64,000 nt of DNA, taken from positions 1,447 through 65,446 of the forward strand of contig CAZNMC010000004.1 in the NCBI GenBank assembly GCA_964574285.1, read 5' to 3'. The stretch is from an uncultured Sangeribacter sp. (GTDB lineage: Bacteria; Bacteroidota; Bacteroidia; Bacteroidales; Muribaculaceae). Numbering within the stretch: the first letter of the stretch is position 1; each line of letters starts with the position of its first letter. Positions 41,009 through 50,589 of the stretch are shown here, piece by piece. The notes beneath the pieces are model-generated. The model did no database searches. It was not told the origin of the DNA and saw nothing but the letters and a program-made list of their open reading frames with translations. The translations under genes and the position numbers were made by a program.

Positions 41009-44000
41009 ATGAAAAAAATCCTATTTTATTCGGTTGCTTTATTCTTCTCTACCGGATTAGCCCAAACAATTCCGGGAGTTCCAAATGGAGAAGCAGTAAA
41101 GAAAAAAACGACTTATTCATTCGATATATTAAATTCGAGTGAATGTAAGCCTCTGCAAAAGGACACTGCTTCTATTATTATTCAAGAAAACAGTCCTTTA
41201 AAACCCCAAGCAGCTCCGGCGCGTATTATCATTGATAATACCAAATCTATTAGCCCGGGTGAATATCATTATGTACCTGAAATGTTTGGGTCAATCATTG
41301 CGGACGATGGTGACGTTGTAAAACGAAGCAAGTTTCGGTTCGCGATGTATAGTCTTCCGACTGGCCACCAACAACCACTTACAATGGTCGCAGACAATTT
41401 GATAGGTCGATATGGAGGTGTCAGGATTGACAATACATATTACAATGTTACGCAATGGGGTCCGGCTCATGCACCAACGTATTATTTGAGAAAATACGAC
41501 ATGGACAGCTGGGAGATGACAGAAGAAATCGTTCTTAAGGATGCTTCGCTTTACTCGGATTGTATCGCTGCGGACCCAACCACCGGTTATGTCTACGGAT
41601 GCTTCAGAACAAATGGCGTCAACGCAGGATCTTGGGAAATCAGTATCGCTGACTTTAAAAATAAAACTCCTTATCGACTGACAGCCCTTCATAAATGTTC
41701 TTCCAACGACGACCGTTGGAGTGCTTGCGCCTTTACCACTGACGGCACTCTATATGCGATAAACATGAACGGAGATCTTCTGAAAATAGACAAAACCAAA
41801 GGCACAGGAACAAAAATTGGCTCTACAGGACTCATCCCGTATAATATTGGATCAGCACTGGTCGATCCGGATTCTAATCGCTTCTTCTATTTCGGTTCTC
41901 TCCAAGATTTAACCTCTGCCATCTATGAAATTGATCTCTCCACAGGCAAGGCTACCAAAGCCTTAATTCTCCCGGAGGGATTAACCATTAATGGAGTAGT
42001 TCCCGCAGCTCCCATCCCAGCTTCGGGTGCTCCAGGAGCAATAACCGATGCAAGGTATAACTTTGCGGATGGAAATCTTTCCGGCACTCTCACGTTTACG
42101 GTTCCTTCAAAAACATTTGCTGGGAAAACCCTCTCGGGCTCGCTAGGATATGTAGTCCTTGACAACGATAAGGAAATTGCTTCCGGAAATGTCACTGCGG
42201 GGCAGCAAGCTGAAATTCCTCTGACCATTGACGCTTCCGGGCTCCACGATCTATGTCTTTATCTGACAAACAGTTCGGGACGCTCCCCACGCAATTTCAC
42301 CCACAAGCATATCGGCAATGACCGTCCTTGCCGTATTGAAGATGTCAAACTCACCTACGATCGTAATTCTGGAAAGGTTGACTTATTTTGGAATCCAATT
42401 ACTAAAGGTGAAAATTCTGCCTTCTTCCGTCCTGAGGAAGTCAAGTATCGCATTACTGACGGCGTGACCGGGCAAATCCTCTCTCAGGCTCAGAATGAAT
42501 GTACATTCACTACCACTCTTAAAGATGCAGAAAAACTTAAAAATCATCCCTATAAAGTAGAAGCCATCTTCCGTGATCAAATATCGGACGCAAGAGAATC
42601 TAATCCGGCAGTACCCGGGAACGTTGAACTTCCTTTTGTAGACACTTTTGACAACATAGAGTATATTCCTGAAGGCTATCATGTGATTAATGTGGCTGAG
42701 GACTTAAATACGTGGACTACCTATTATGGAGTATTAATGTGTCATATGTCACCTCTCAAAATTGATATGGATGACTGGCTGTTTACTCCCCCGGTATATC
42801 TTGAAGCTGGTAAAATATATCAAGTATCCGCCGATATGGCATCTCGTTTCCAAAAATGTGTGGAAAGAATAGAAGTTCTTTGGGGAGACAATAACCATCC
42901 TTCTGCCATGACTCATACCGGTTTGGAAGCGTTCGATCTGATTCCCGGCACCGGAGCCTATATAAAATATGACAACTATTCCTTTAACCTCATTCCCGAA
43001 CGTACGGGTATCCATTACATAGCATTTCACGGAATTTCAAAAGCCGACCAAGGGTCAATATTCCTTGATAATCTTACCATTTCCGCTGCTATAACTCCGG
43101 GCACACCGGCTGCCGTCTCAGATCTCGCAGTTACACCCGCTCCAAAAGGAGCTCATAAGTCCACCATCTCGTTTAAAGCACCATCACTTGACGTTGAGAA
43201 GAAACCGCTTTCATCAATCAGCTATATTGAGATTTCGCGTGACGGCAAGGTGGTTGGCACACTTAAAAACCCAACGCCAGGGTCAACCCTTTCTTTTGTA
43301 GACACAATGAAGTATGGGGGATGGAAAGAATATCTCGTAAGTCCTTATAACGAATATGGGATGGGCCAGATTAATCGTAAATCTGCATTCATTGGTGCTT
43401 ATATCCCAGCTCCTGTCACAAAATTCTCCGCTGTCGAAACCAAAAATCCCGGAGAAATACTTATACGTTGGACACCACCTACAACGGACGTCTATGGCGC
43501 TCCACTTACACCGGAAAATCTTACCTACAATTTGTATCAATCTCGGGGAGACAAGGATGTTTTAATTCGTCAAAACATTGAAGGGGATTCACTTGTGTTC
43601 CGCGCATGTGATGCAAATAGCCGGGATTTTCTTCTCTTTGGACTTAAAGCGGTTTCTGCTACCGGCGAGGGCGAAGGGGTATGGAGTGAAATGATGCCTA
43701 TAGGAAAACCTTATGAACTCCCATACAGATTCTCCTTCACTCCGGAAGATTTTGCCAATATGCCTATTGTTCGTCGGCTTCTCTCTGATGTGACCTGGGA
43801 AATTGGAGATGATTCTACCTTCAATGGAATAACTTCTGCCGATAATGATAACGGAATAGCATTTATCTACGCCAATTCACCCGACACGCAGGCTGCGCTT
43901 TATACCGGCAAAATTGGAATACCGGCAGAATCTGATGTAATGATGACCGTTATGGTCTACAATCTCTACTCCTCTTCCTTCGGTAGCAACACCAACACCC

Positions 44001-45514
44001 TTGAAGTACTGGCCTCCACAGGAAACGGCGAATGGACTTCCGTCAGAACAATCGTGGCCGGGCAACTTCCACAACTGGGCTGGAACAAGGTTCTCATTCC
44101 TCTGCGGCAATTCCGTGGGAATGGAGTGCAGCTCCAATTCCTGGCCACATGTTCGACCTATCCTCTCTTCCTCATGGATGATATTCGCGTAGAAGAAAAT
44201 TCCGACTGTGACCTCGCATTGGAAGCACTTGAAGGCCCAACCGACATCCGAATGGGACAGTCGTTTGATCTCTCAGTAAAAGTCCGAAACAACAGTGCCT
44301 ATCCGCAAGAAGACTATAAAGTCAGAATCAAAGTCAATGACAAAGACCGGCTTATCCAACAGGGAGAAACTATCAAGGAAGGGGAAGCTATCACCATTCC
44401 TTTCAAATTGACATTCTTACCCGATGACTTAGAAAAATGCTCGATTATAGCTGAAGTTGAATGTGAAGCAGATAAACATCTCGAAAACAACATTTCAGCT
44501 GAACTCAATATTCTAAATCGCCGTCCCGGATTCGCTGCACCTGAAAATTTAAGCATCTCTGACAAAAATGCTCGTCCCATTCAACTTTCATGGTCTGAGC
44601 CGAATATGGCGGACAATATCCCCGAATCAATTACAGAAGATTTCGAAGGATTCGATCCATGGATTTCTAATCCCAACATTTCACCTTGGACGCTCTACGA
44701 CGGAGATCAAGGAGGAATTGGAGGATTTAACGAGTATTCACTTCCCGGAGAAATCAAAAAAGGTACGCGTCAGTCTTATTGGGTAATGGATGATCGTGGA
44801 AGTGGTCTGAATCAAACATTTGCCGCTAACTCTGGCCATAAGTATTTGGCTCAGATGTATTCTGCAGATCTTTCTCAGTCCACATTTACTCCTATTGCCT
44901 GCGATGACTGGCTTATCTCTCCTGAACTCTTTGGGTGCAAGCAGACTATTTCCTTCAATGCTAAAAGTTACGTTTATTCGATGCCCGAAACCTTTGAGGT
45001 GTTAGTTTCTTCAACCGGGAATAACCCCGAAAACTTCACTCTTCTTGCTCGAGTGGAACAAGCTCCGGCTGATTGGCACTATTATGAATATGAAGTGCCT
45101 GCCGGTACAAAATATTTTGCAATCCGATGTGTCTCACTCAACAAATTCATGTTCTTTATCGACGATGTCACTTGCATTCCAACAATTGACGAACCGTTTG
45201 AACTTGTTGGTTATAACATTTATCGCAATGGTAAGAAAATAAATGATAATCCAATCACCACGCCCGTTTATAGCGATGAATCACCTGAAGCAAACGACAA
45301 TTCCTACTACGTTACAGCGGTTTACAACCATGGAGAGTCAATTGCGTCAAACAAAGTTTCACTTTTCAACTCCGGCGTGACTCTAACCTCGACTTCTTCA
45401 AAAGCCCCAGTTGCATACTATTCCCCGGATGGCACACGCCTTGCTGCGCCCGTAAAAGGAATTTGTATTGTTAAATACAGCGATGGAACTACTGAAAAAA
45501 TAATTATTAAATAA
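41009..45514 (+). CDS. Large T9SS-secreted surface protein: beta-propeller, Fn3/Ig, cleaved-adhesin-like domains, CARDB-like domain, CTD
   Basis: Signal peptide; propeller blades (DPTTGYVYG, DGTLYAI, IYEIDLSTG); DDWLFTP and DDWLISPEL cleaved-adhesin motifs; GYNIYRNG...YYVTAVY; CTD YSPDG...KGICIVK...KIIIK. Confidence 0.8.
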   Translation: MKKILFYSVALFFSTGLAQTIPGVPNGEAVKKKTTYSFDILNSSECKPLQKDTASIIIQENSPLKPQAAPARIIIDNTKSISPGEYHYVPEMFGSIIADDGDVVKRSKFRFAMYSLPTGHQQPLTMVADNLIGRYGGVRIDNTYYNVTQWGPAHAPTYYLRKYDMDSWEMTEEIVLKDASLYSDCIAADPTTGYVYGCFRTNGVNAGSWEISIADFKNKTPYRLTALHKCSSNDDRWSACAFTTDGTLYAINMNGDLLKIDKTKGTGTKIGSTGLIPYNIGSALVDPDSNRFFYFGSLQDLTSAIYEIDLSTGKATKALILPEGLTINGVVPAAPIPASGAPGAITDARYNFADGNLSGTLTFTVPSKTFAGKTLSGSLGYVVLDNDKEIASGNVTAGQQAEIPLTIDASGLHDLCLYLTNSSGRSPRNFTHKHIGNDRPCRIEDVKLTYDRNSGKVDLFWNPITKGENSAFFRPEEVKYRITDGVTGQILSQAQNECTFTTTLKDAEKLKNHPYKVEAIFRDQISDARESNPAVPGNVELPFVDTFDNIEYIPEGYHVINVAEDLNTWTTYYGVLMCHMSPLKIDMDDWLFTPPVYLEAGKIYQVSADMASRFQKCVERIEVLWGDNNHPSAMTHTGLEAFDLIPGTGAYIKYDNYSFNLIPERTGIHYIAFHGISKADQGSIFLDNLTISAAITPGTPAAVSDLAVTPAPKGAHKSTISFKAPSLDVEKKPLSSISYIEISRDGKVVGTLKNPTPGSTLSFVDTMKYGGWKEYLVSPYNEYGMGQINRKSAFIGAYIPAPVTKFSAVETKNPGEILIRWTPPTTDVYGAPLTPENLTYNLYQSRGDKDVLIRQNIEGDSLVFRACDANSRDFLLFGLKAVSATGEGEGVWSEMMPIGKPYELPYRFSFTPEDFANMPIVRRLLSDVTWEIGDDSTFNGITSADNDNGIAFIYANSPDTQAALYTGKIGIPAESDVMMTVMVYNLYSSSFGSNTNTLEVLASTGNGEWTSVRTIVAGQLPQLGWNKVLIPLRQFRGNGVQLQFLATCSTYPLFLMDDIRVEENSDCDLALEALEGPTDIRMGQSFDLSVKVRNNSAYPQEDYKVRIKVNDKDRLIQQGETIKEGEAITIPFKLTFLPDDLEKCSIIAEVECEADKHLENNISAELNILNRRPGFAAPENLSISDKNARPIQLSWSEPNMADNIPESITEDFEGFDPWISNPNISPWTLYDGDQGGIGGFNEYSLPGEIKKGTRQSYWVMDDRGSGLNQTFAANSGHKYLAQMYSADLSQSTFTPIACDDWLISPELFGCKQTISFNAKSYVYSMPETFEVLVSSTGNNPENFTLLARVEQAPADWHYYEYEVPAGTKYFAIRCVSLNKFMFFIDDVTCIPTIDEPFELVGYNIYRNGKKINDNPITTPVYSDESPEANDNSYYVTAVYNHGESIASNKVSLFNSGVTLTSTSSKAPVAYYSPDGTRLAAPVKGICIVKYSDGTTEKIIIK

Positions 45515-45526
45515 ATCCCAACACTC

Positions 45527-48184
45527 ATGAAAAGATTTCTTTCAACTTTGCTAACAATAGCGGCAGCGGGCAGTTTTGCTATGAATGCCCAAACCCAAGC
45601 TACAATTGCAGAGATGGTGGCAGCAAACCCCAATCTATCCCAAGGACAACTCAGTAGTGATACCTATACCATTGTCACTAAGAACATTTACACGGGTGCA
45701 GTAGTAAACACACAAGTTACAGTTGTGGCCGTTAGCCCGGATCTAATGTTCGTCCGTGATTCCTCCAATAGACTTATCGCAGTAGAACGTCCTATTAGCA
45801 AACCGGATTTCACTACTTTCTATACCTCAGGGAATAAAATTGATAATCTTGTGGTACGCTACAAAGCAAACTTTGTCGCCCGTGGCACAGACCTTCTTCC
45901 TGTACCCTATTCGGTCTTTGAAGGTGAAGAATATACCAAGACAGCTCAAACCCTTAATATTACATATTCCCAATGCTATCTGCAATCTGCAGTCAACAGC
46001 ACTGATTATTCGGTCGCAAAAGTAGGCAAAAATACGGATAACATGAACGAGCTGATGTTAGCCACATGGAATCCCACAACACAAGAATTTGATTATGAAT
46101 ACGTGTATAATAACAGAACTTACACTATTCACATCAAAGCAGGGAAAATGGGTATTGATTGCTCCTCATTCCAGCCCGTCACTTGCTCCATCTATGCTCA
46201 AGGCGTGGTACAACCGACTGATAATGGATTCGACCTATATCCTACTGCCGTTCGTCAAGATCTCCCCAAGACAATCAACAGCATTGCAGAAGGAATTGCT
46301 GAAGCAAAAAACATTACTCACAATGGAGAAAGCTTCAATTATTATCGCCTTAATTCCAAATTGAAAATCAATGCTTTAAGTACCAACAAATGTTTCATTG
46401 AAGATTCCACTGGGGCTATATCTTTGCAACGCAAAAACTCCTCTCTCGACTTCACGGCATCAGGATTAAAGGCAGGTGATATTATTAATGAGCTGGATAG
46501 CGTCTATCTTTACTACGATACTCGCTACGGAGAAAATTTATATATGATCTTTGCCGGCAATGAAATGCCAAAAGCGAACTCTCATGAAGATGTGAATTAC
46601 ACTGCTCAGACACCTGAATCACTTCGTCAGAATTCAGCATCACTTAATTGCCGCCCGGTGAAGCTCGAAAATGTGAGAGTAAAATCTAACGGCCAATTTG
46701 AAGGAATATCTGTAAATCCTTCCGACTTTCTGCCGGGGTATGGTTTTGACAATCGTAAGATTTATACTATTACTGCTATCTATCAGAATCTAAATTCCGG
46801 TTCGCTCAGCGTCACATCGGCTCAAGAAACCGGAAATGCTACTCTCCAAACTCCAATTGACATTGCAACTCTTGAGGAATTTGTAGAAAAAGGTGCAAAT
46901 TTGAAAGCCAGTGAAATAACGGAAGAAATATATAGAATCAAAGAAAAAGTAACAGTGGTTAAAAAGGGGAATTATATGTTCATTCAAAGCCCAACCACTG
47001 CTATCCCGGTGTCTGCTCTCGCAACTTCTACTATTTCATCTGCCCCTTACGAAAGCGGAAATATCGTTGAGAATTTAGAACTAAGAGTTCAATATTCCAG
47101 CTATGTATTGCAAGGATATTTCGATATTGATGAATCGGAATGGCCCGAGAAAATTGAGGGAGCAGTCGGCTTGCCGGAAATAGTTGCCTTCGAAGATCTC
47201 GATCCATCCTATGCATATAGATGGATAAGTCTGAAGGGAGTAAAGGCGGCTGCTAAAACCAACTTTAAACACGATAATCTCCACATCAACACTTCAACAG
47301 CCGCTGCAACAGTTGCATGTAATACTAATCTTGGAGCTCCCGCTATTAGTTTTGTCACGAATAACTTATATGATTTGACCGGCGTTCTTTACGCACGCCG
47401 CAGTGCAACCGCTGTAACTCAATGGCAATTCTATACCGCATCATGGATAGAGGCAACCAATAACGTTCCCGTTGAAGTAGCTTCAATAGCCGACCTCAAG
47501 GAAGCAACAAAAAATCTTGAAGACAATGCTATTTCCGAAAATGCATATAAGCTTGGTGCAGTATATGTGACACTCCGCACAGCTGATAAGATTTTTGCTC
47601 AAAATGGTACAGAAGGAATGAGTTTTGTTTCTGCCAATGACCAAGCAAATCTTGCTGGATTTAACTATAAATATGGTGATGTGGTTAATGCTCTTCAAGG
47701 GAAAGTCTCTAAAAATGGTGTTGACTACACGATGTATCTTGATCCTACATCATATCCCGTATCGACAATGAATCTACCATTCCTTATTCCCTCAACTTCT
47801 GTCTCGGTGAATGACTTGGCCACAACAAAGAATATTTTGGTCGAAGTTGATGAAGCAATCGTTGAAAATACAGCAACTCGCTCAACCGGTCTATCCGTAG
47901 GAGGACTCAACCTTGTAACTGACGAAGTAATGAATTCCGATCCGGATTCCGACACTATTGTCCCCAATGCAGCCTTCAAGCTTAAAGGTGTCAGTGACGG
48001 TCATAATTTCTACGTATACTCATCCGAACTTCTCCACACAGTGGGAGTCGAAACTGTTAATTCCAATACTGAAATAGAAGCAATTTATTCCGTTTCCGGT
48101 ATGAAGAAAGCCACTCTGACTGAAGGGATAAATATCGTAAGAATGAGTGACGGTTCAGTTCGCAAAGTAGTTATCAAAAAATAA
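45527..48184 (+). CDS. T9SS-secreted protein with four ~200-aa repeats (predicted OB-fold modules) and a CTD
   Basis: Signal peptide MNA-Q. Repeats begin TIAE / SIAE / TLEE / SIAD, each with an F(I/V/A)(Q/E/R)D-like and a G(D/N)xx motif. CTD IYSVSG...GINIVRMSDGSVRKVVIK. Confidence 0.7.
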   Translation: MKRFLSTLLTIAAAGSFAMNAQTQATIAEMVAANPNLSQGQLSSDTYTIVTKNIYTGAVVNTQVTVVAVSPDLMFVRDSSNRLIAVERPISKPDFTTFYTSGNKIDNLVVRYKANFVARGTDLLPVPYSVFEGEEYTKTAQTLNITYSQCYLQSAVNSTDYSVAKVGKNTDNMNELMLATWNPTTQEFDYEYVYNNRTYTIHIKAGKMGIDCSSFQPVTCSIYAQGVVQPTDNGFDLYPTAVRQDLPKTINSIAEGIAEAKNITHNGESFNYYRLNSKLKINALSTNKCFIEDSTGAISLQRKNSSLDFTASGLKAGDIINELDSVYLYYDTRYGENLYMIFAGNEMPKANSHEDVNYTAQTPESLRQNSASLNCRPVKLENVRVKSNGQFEGISVNPSDFLPGYGFDNRKIYTITAIYQNLNSGSLSVTSAQETGNATLQTPIDIATLEEFVEKGANLKASEITEEIYRIKEKVTVVKKGNYMFIQSPTTAIPVSALATSTISSAPYESGNIVENLELRVQYSSYVLQGYFDIDESEWPEKIEGAVGLPEIVAFEDLDPSYAYRWISLKGVKAAAKTNFKHDNLHINTSTAAATVACNTNLGAPAISFVTNNLYDLTGVLYARRSATAVTQWQFYTASWIEATNNVPVEVASIADLKEATKNLEDNAISENAYKLGAVYVTLRTADKIFAQNGTEGMSFVSANDQANLAGFNYKYGDVVNALQGKVSKNGVDYTMYLDPTSYPVSTMNLPFLIPSTSVSVNDLATTKNILVEVDEAIVENTATRSTGLSVGGLNLVTDEVMNSDPDSDTIVPNAAFKLKGVSDGHNFYVYSSELLHTVGVETVNSNTEIEAIYSVSGMKKATLTEGINIVRMSDGSVRKVVIKK

Positions 48185-48202
48185 TTTCTTGGTAAGATTA
48201 TA

Positions 48203-48253
48203 AAATTATAGAGCCGCTTCGACAAGATAGTTTGCGAAGCGGCTCTATAATTT
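48203..48253. terminator. Bidirectional intrinsic terminator
   Basis: 19-bp perfect inverted repeat AAATTATAGAGCCGCTTCG / CGAAGCGGCTCTATAATTT with a 13-nt loop, between convergent genes. Confidence 0.88.
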
Positions 48254-48265
48254 ATTTTCCAACTT

Positions 48266-49705
48266 TTATTTCTTCAACAAGACATAAGATCGCTCGGGAG
48301 CAAGCAGCCCTTTAAGACGGCCATTTTTTACCTTAAACTCTTGATTGTAGACTTGATCATAATAAACGCCATTGGGTAATGTGGTTGGGAGATCTATGTA
48401 ATCGGCCGAAGCGGAAATATTGACCGCAACAGCTCCTTTCTTCCCTCGGCTGACCAGCAATACATTCCCCTCGTCTGAAATCTCAACCTGTTCGCGTTCG
48501 CCACTAACGGCTTTTCTAAAATGATTTACAGCGGCTACTTCGGGATGAAAGAATTCGTCATTACCCCTTGCTCCCAAAATGTTGTCGCCATAAAAGTTGT
48601 GACGCGTTGATCCCATCGGACGACTGAAAAAGAGGGGGGTACCGTTCTGACGCGCCGTCAAAAAAGCCCACGCAGCACGAATTTGGGAATCACGCAAATG
48701 AGCTGATTCATTAGCATTGGCATACGTGTCATGACTTTCAACCCAAGTGGTCAAATATTCCGGAGCCGCAATATGATGAAAATCAACCAAATCCATTCCT
48801 GAGGCCGAACCTTTGTCCAGCATTTCCCGAAGCAGATGGCCGTATCCCGAAGCAGTCTGTCCAAAATACTCTGCATATTCCGCTTCAGGAACATTGCGGT
48901 CTTGAAGCACTTCCCCATAGACAAATAAAGAATCATAAGGCACGGCAAGCTTCACGCCGCCCACACTTTTTCTGCCGGTGGCTACATCCCAAAAATCATT
49001 TTTCTTTACTCCGGCAGCTTTGTCAACCGGATCAGAAGGTAACCCGATATGCTTTGCAGTATCGTAACGAAATCCCTTCACCCCCATAGCTAACAGATCA
49101 TTGACAAACTTCAAATAATATTTTTGAAAAGCAGGGTTTTCAGTGTTAACATCCGGCAGCCCCCCGGAACCCCAAAGAGTACACTCCATTCTATCGTTAT
49201 AATCTCTTACCGGACGAAGACCTTGCGAATGGAACATTTTGTCCCGACCACCAACAGCCTCATAGAAATCAGGTGACACACAATCGATGTCAAAAGCAGT
49301 ATGGTTCGGCAAGACATCAACAATAATTTTTACATTGTATTTGGCTGCCGAATCCATCATCTGCTGCATCTGCTCCCGTGTGCCCAGAATGGGATTACCT
49401 ATTTTCCAATCAGTCGGTTGATAATAATAATACCAATTCCCTTCCGTCACATCCGGATCAAAGATTTTCTTCCCGCTTCCTGCCGGGAAATAACAATTTT
49501 GCACCGGAGACGTTTGCACCATCGAAAATCCGGCCTCAGCGATTTTATGCATATTTTCCGCAATTGAGGGGAAATTCCAACTCCATGCATGAAGAATAGC
49601 TTCATCGTTTGTAACCGAAGGATCATGCTTGGTCCGATCCTTTGCCACAAGTGGCATAAAGCTGCAAGAAGCAGCAACAAAGCAGATTGAGAATTTCAAT
49701 TTCAT
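48266..49705 (-). CDS. Exported alpha-amylase, GH13 (Bacillus AmyE/GH13_28-like)
   Basis: ILHAWSW, VQTSP, YYQPT, DVLPNH, GFRYDTAKH (Asp nucleophile), YGEVLQ (Glu), WVESHD; N-terminal signal sequence. Confidence 0.9.
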   Translation of the reverse strand: MKLKFSICFVAASCSFMPLVAKDRTKHDPSVTNDEAILHAWSWNFPSIAENMHKIAEAGFSMVQTSPVQNCYFPAGSGKKIFDPDVTEGNWYYYYQPTDWKIGNPILGTREQMQQMMDSAAKYNVKIIVDVLPNHTAFDIDCVSPDFYEAVGGRDKMFHSQGLRPVRDYNDRMECTLWGSGGLPDVNTENPAFQKYYLKFVNDLLAMGVKGFRYDTAKHIGLPSDPVDKAAGVKKNDFWDVATGRKSVGGVKLAVPYDSLFVYGEVLQDRNVPEAEYAEYFGQTASGYGHLLREMLDKGSASGMDLVDFHHIAAPEYLTTWVESHDTYANANESAHLRDSQIRAAWAFLTARQNGTPLFFSRPMGSTRHNFYGDNILGARGNDEFFHPEVAAVNHFRKAVSGEREQVEISDEGNVLLVSRGKKGAVAVNISASADYIDLPTTLPNGVYYDQVYNQEFKVKNGRLKGLLAPERSYVLLKK

Positions 49706-49732
49706 TTCAGAAAATCTATTTGGTTAGACTTG

Positions 49733-49811
49733 CAAAGGTAATGAAAAAGAGAAACTCAAACAAAATTGTATGTCATGAAAGCGTAGAAATGGGAATTTTT
49801 AATTAACTTTG
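49733..49811. promoter_or_regulatory. Divergent promoters (amylase / PASTA-rluD)
   Basis: Minus strand TTTG (49764-49761), 20-nt spacer, TACCTTTG (49740-49733). Plus strand TAACTTTG (49804-49811). Confidence 0.65.
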
Positions 49812-49836
49812 ACGGCTGAAACAGCTTATTACGGAA

Positions 49837-50589
49837 ATGGCCGACAACTCACAATCCTCCATACTACGCCGCCATCCGGTGCTTGCCAATGCTGCAATAA
49901 TCGTTATTGTTGCCGTGCTTGGCATCCTGATCGTCTACTTCTCAATAGCAATTTTTACTCACCACGGACAATTGCGCACTGTTCCCAAAGTAGAAAACAT
50001 GTCCTACAGTGAAGCGATTCAAACTCTTCACGAAGCAGGTCTACGCTATGAAATTCGCGATTCGCTTTTCCTCGACGATGTTAAGCCTGGATATGTGGTG
50101 GAACAGTTTCCCAAAACCGGGTCGATGGTTAAACCCGGGAGAAAAGTGTTTCTTTATATAAATTCTGTTACTCCAAAAATGGTGGTGCTCGACGATGATA
50201 ACCACCCACGGGAATATGCTCTTGCAGGCTCGTCTGAACGAAGTGCGAAAGCACGTTTGGAGGAACTTGGATTTAAGAATGTCAGAGTGGTTCGCGTATT
50301 AGGAATAAACGACATGGTTATCCGGATTTTAGCCAATGGGCTTCCGGTTCGCAAAATGCAGAAAATTCCGGTTAACAGCACAATTGTTATTGAGCTTTCA
50401 GATGGTCGGTTATCAGCTGTTGTCGACTCCTTAACCAATCTTGAGAACCGTTCTTTGTCCGATTCAATTTATCATTCTTCATCTCCCACGGATGAAGAAT
50501 ATGACCCGGACTACCATTATTCTGAGCCGACCGAAAATCCAGGTTATATAGAAACAGAAGAAGAGGAAACCAATGAATTCCTTGAATAA
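49837..50589 (+). CDS. Membrane-anchored PASTA domain protein
   Basis: N-terminal TM, THHG..RTVPKV, PGYVVEQFPKTGSMVKPGR; precedes rluD as in other Bacteroidales. Confidence 0.88.
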   Translation: MADNSQSSILRRHPVLANAAIIVIVAVLGILIVYFSIAIFTHHGQLRTVPKVENMSYSEAIQTLHEAGLRYEIRDSLFLDDVKPGYVVEQFPKTGSMVKPGRKVFLYINSVTPKMVVLDDDNHPREYALAGSSERSAKARLEELGFKNVRVVRVLGINDMVIRILANGLPVRKMQKIPVNSTIVIELSDGRLSAVVDSLTNLENRSLSDSIYHSSSPTDEEYDPDYHYSEPTENPGYIETEEEETNEFLE

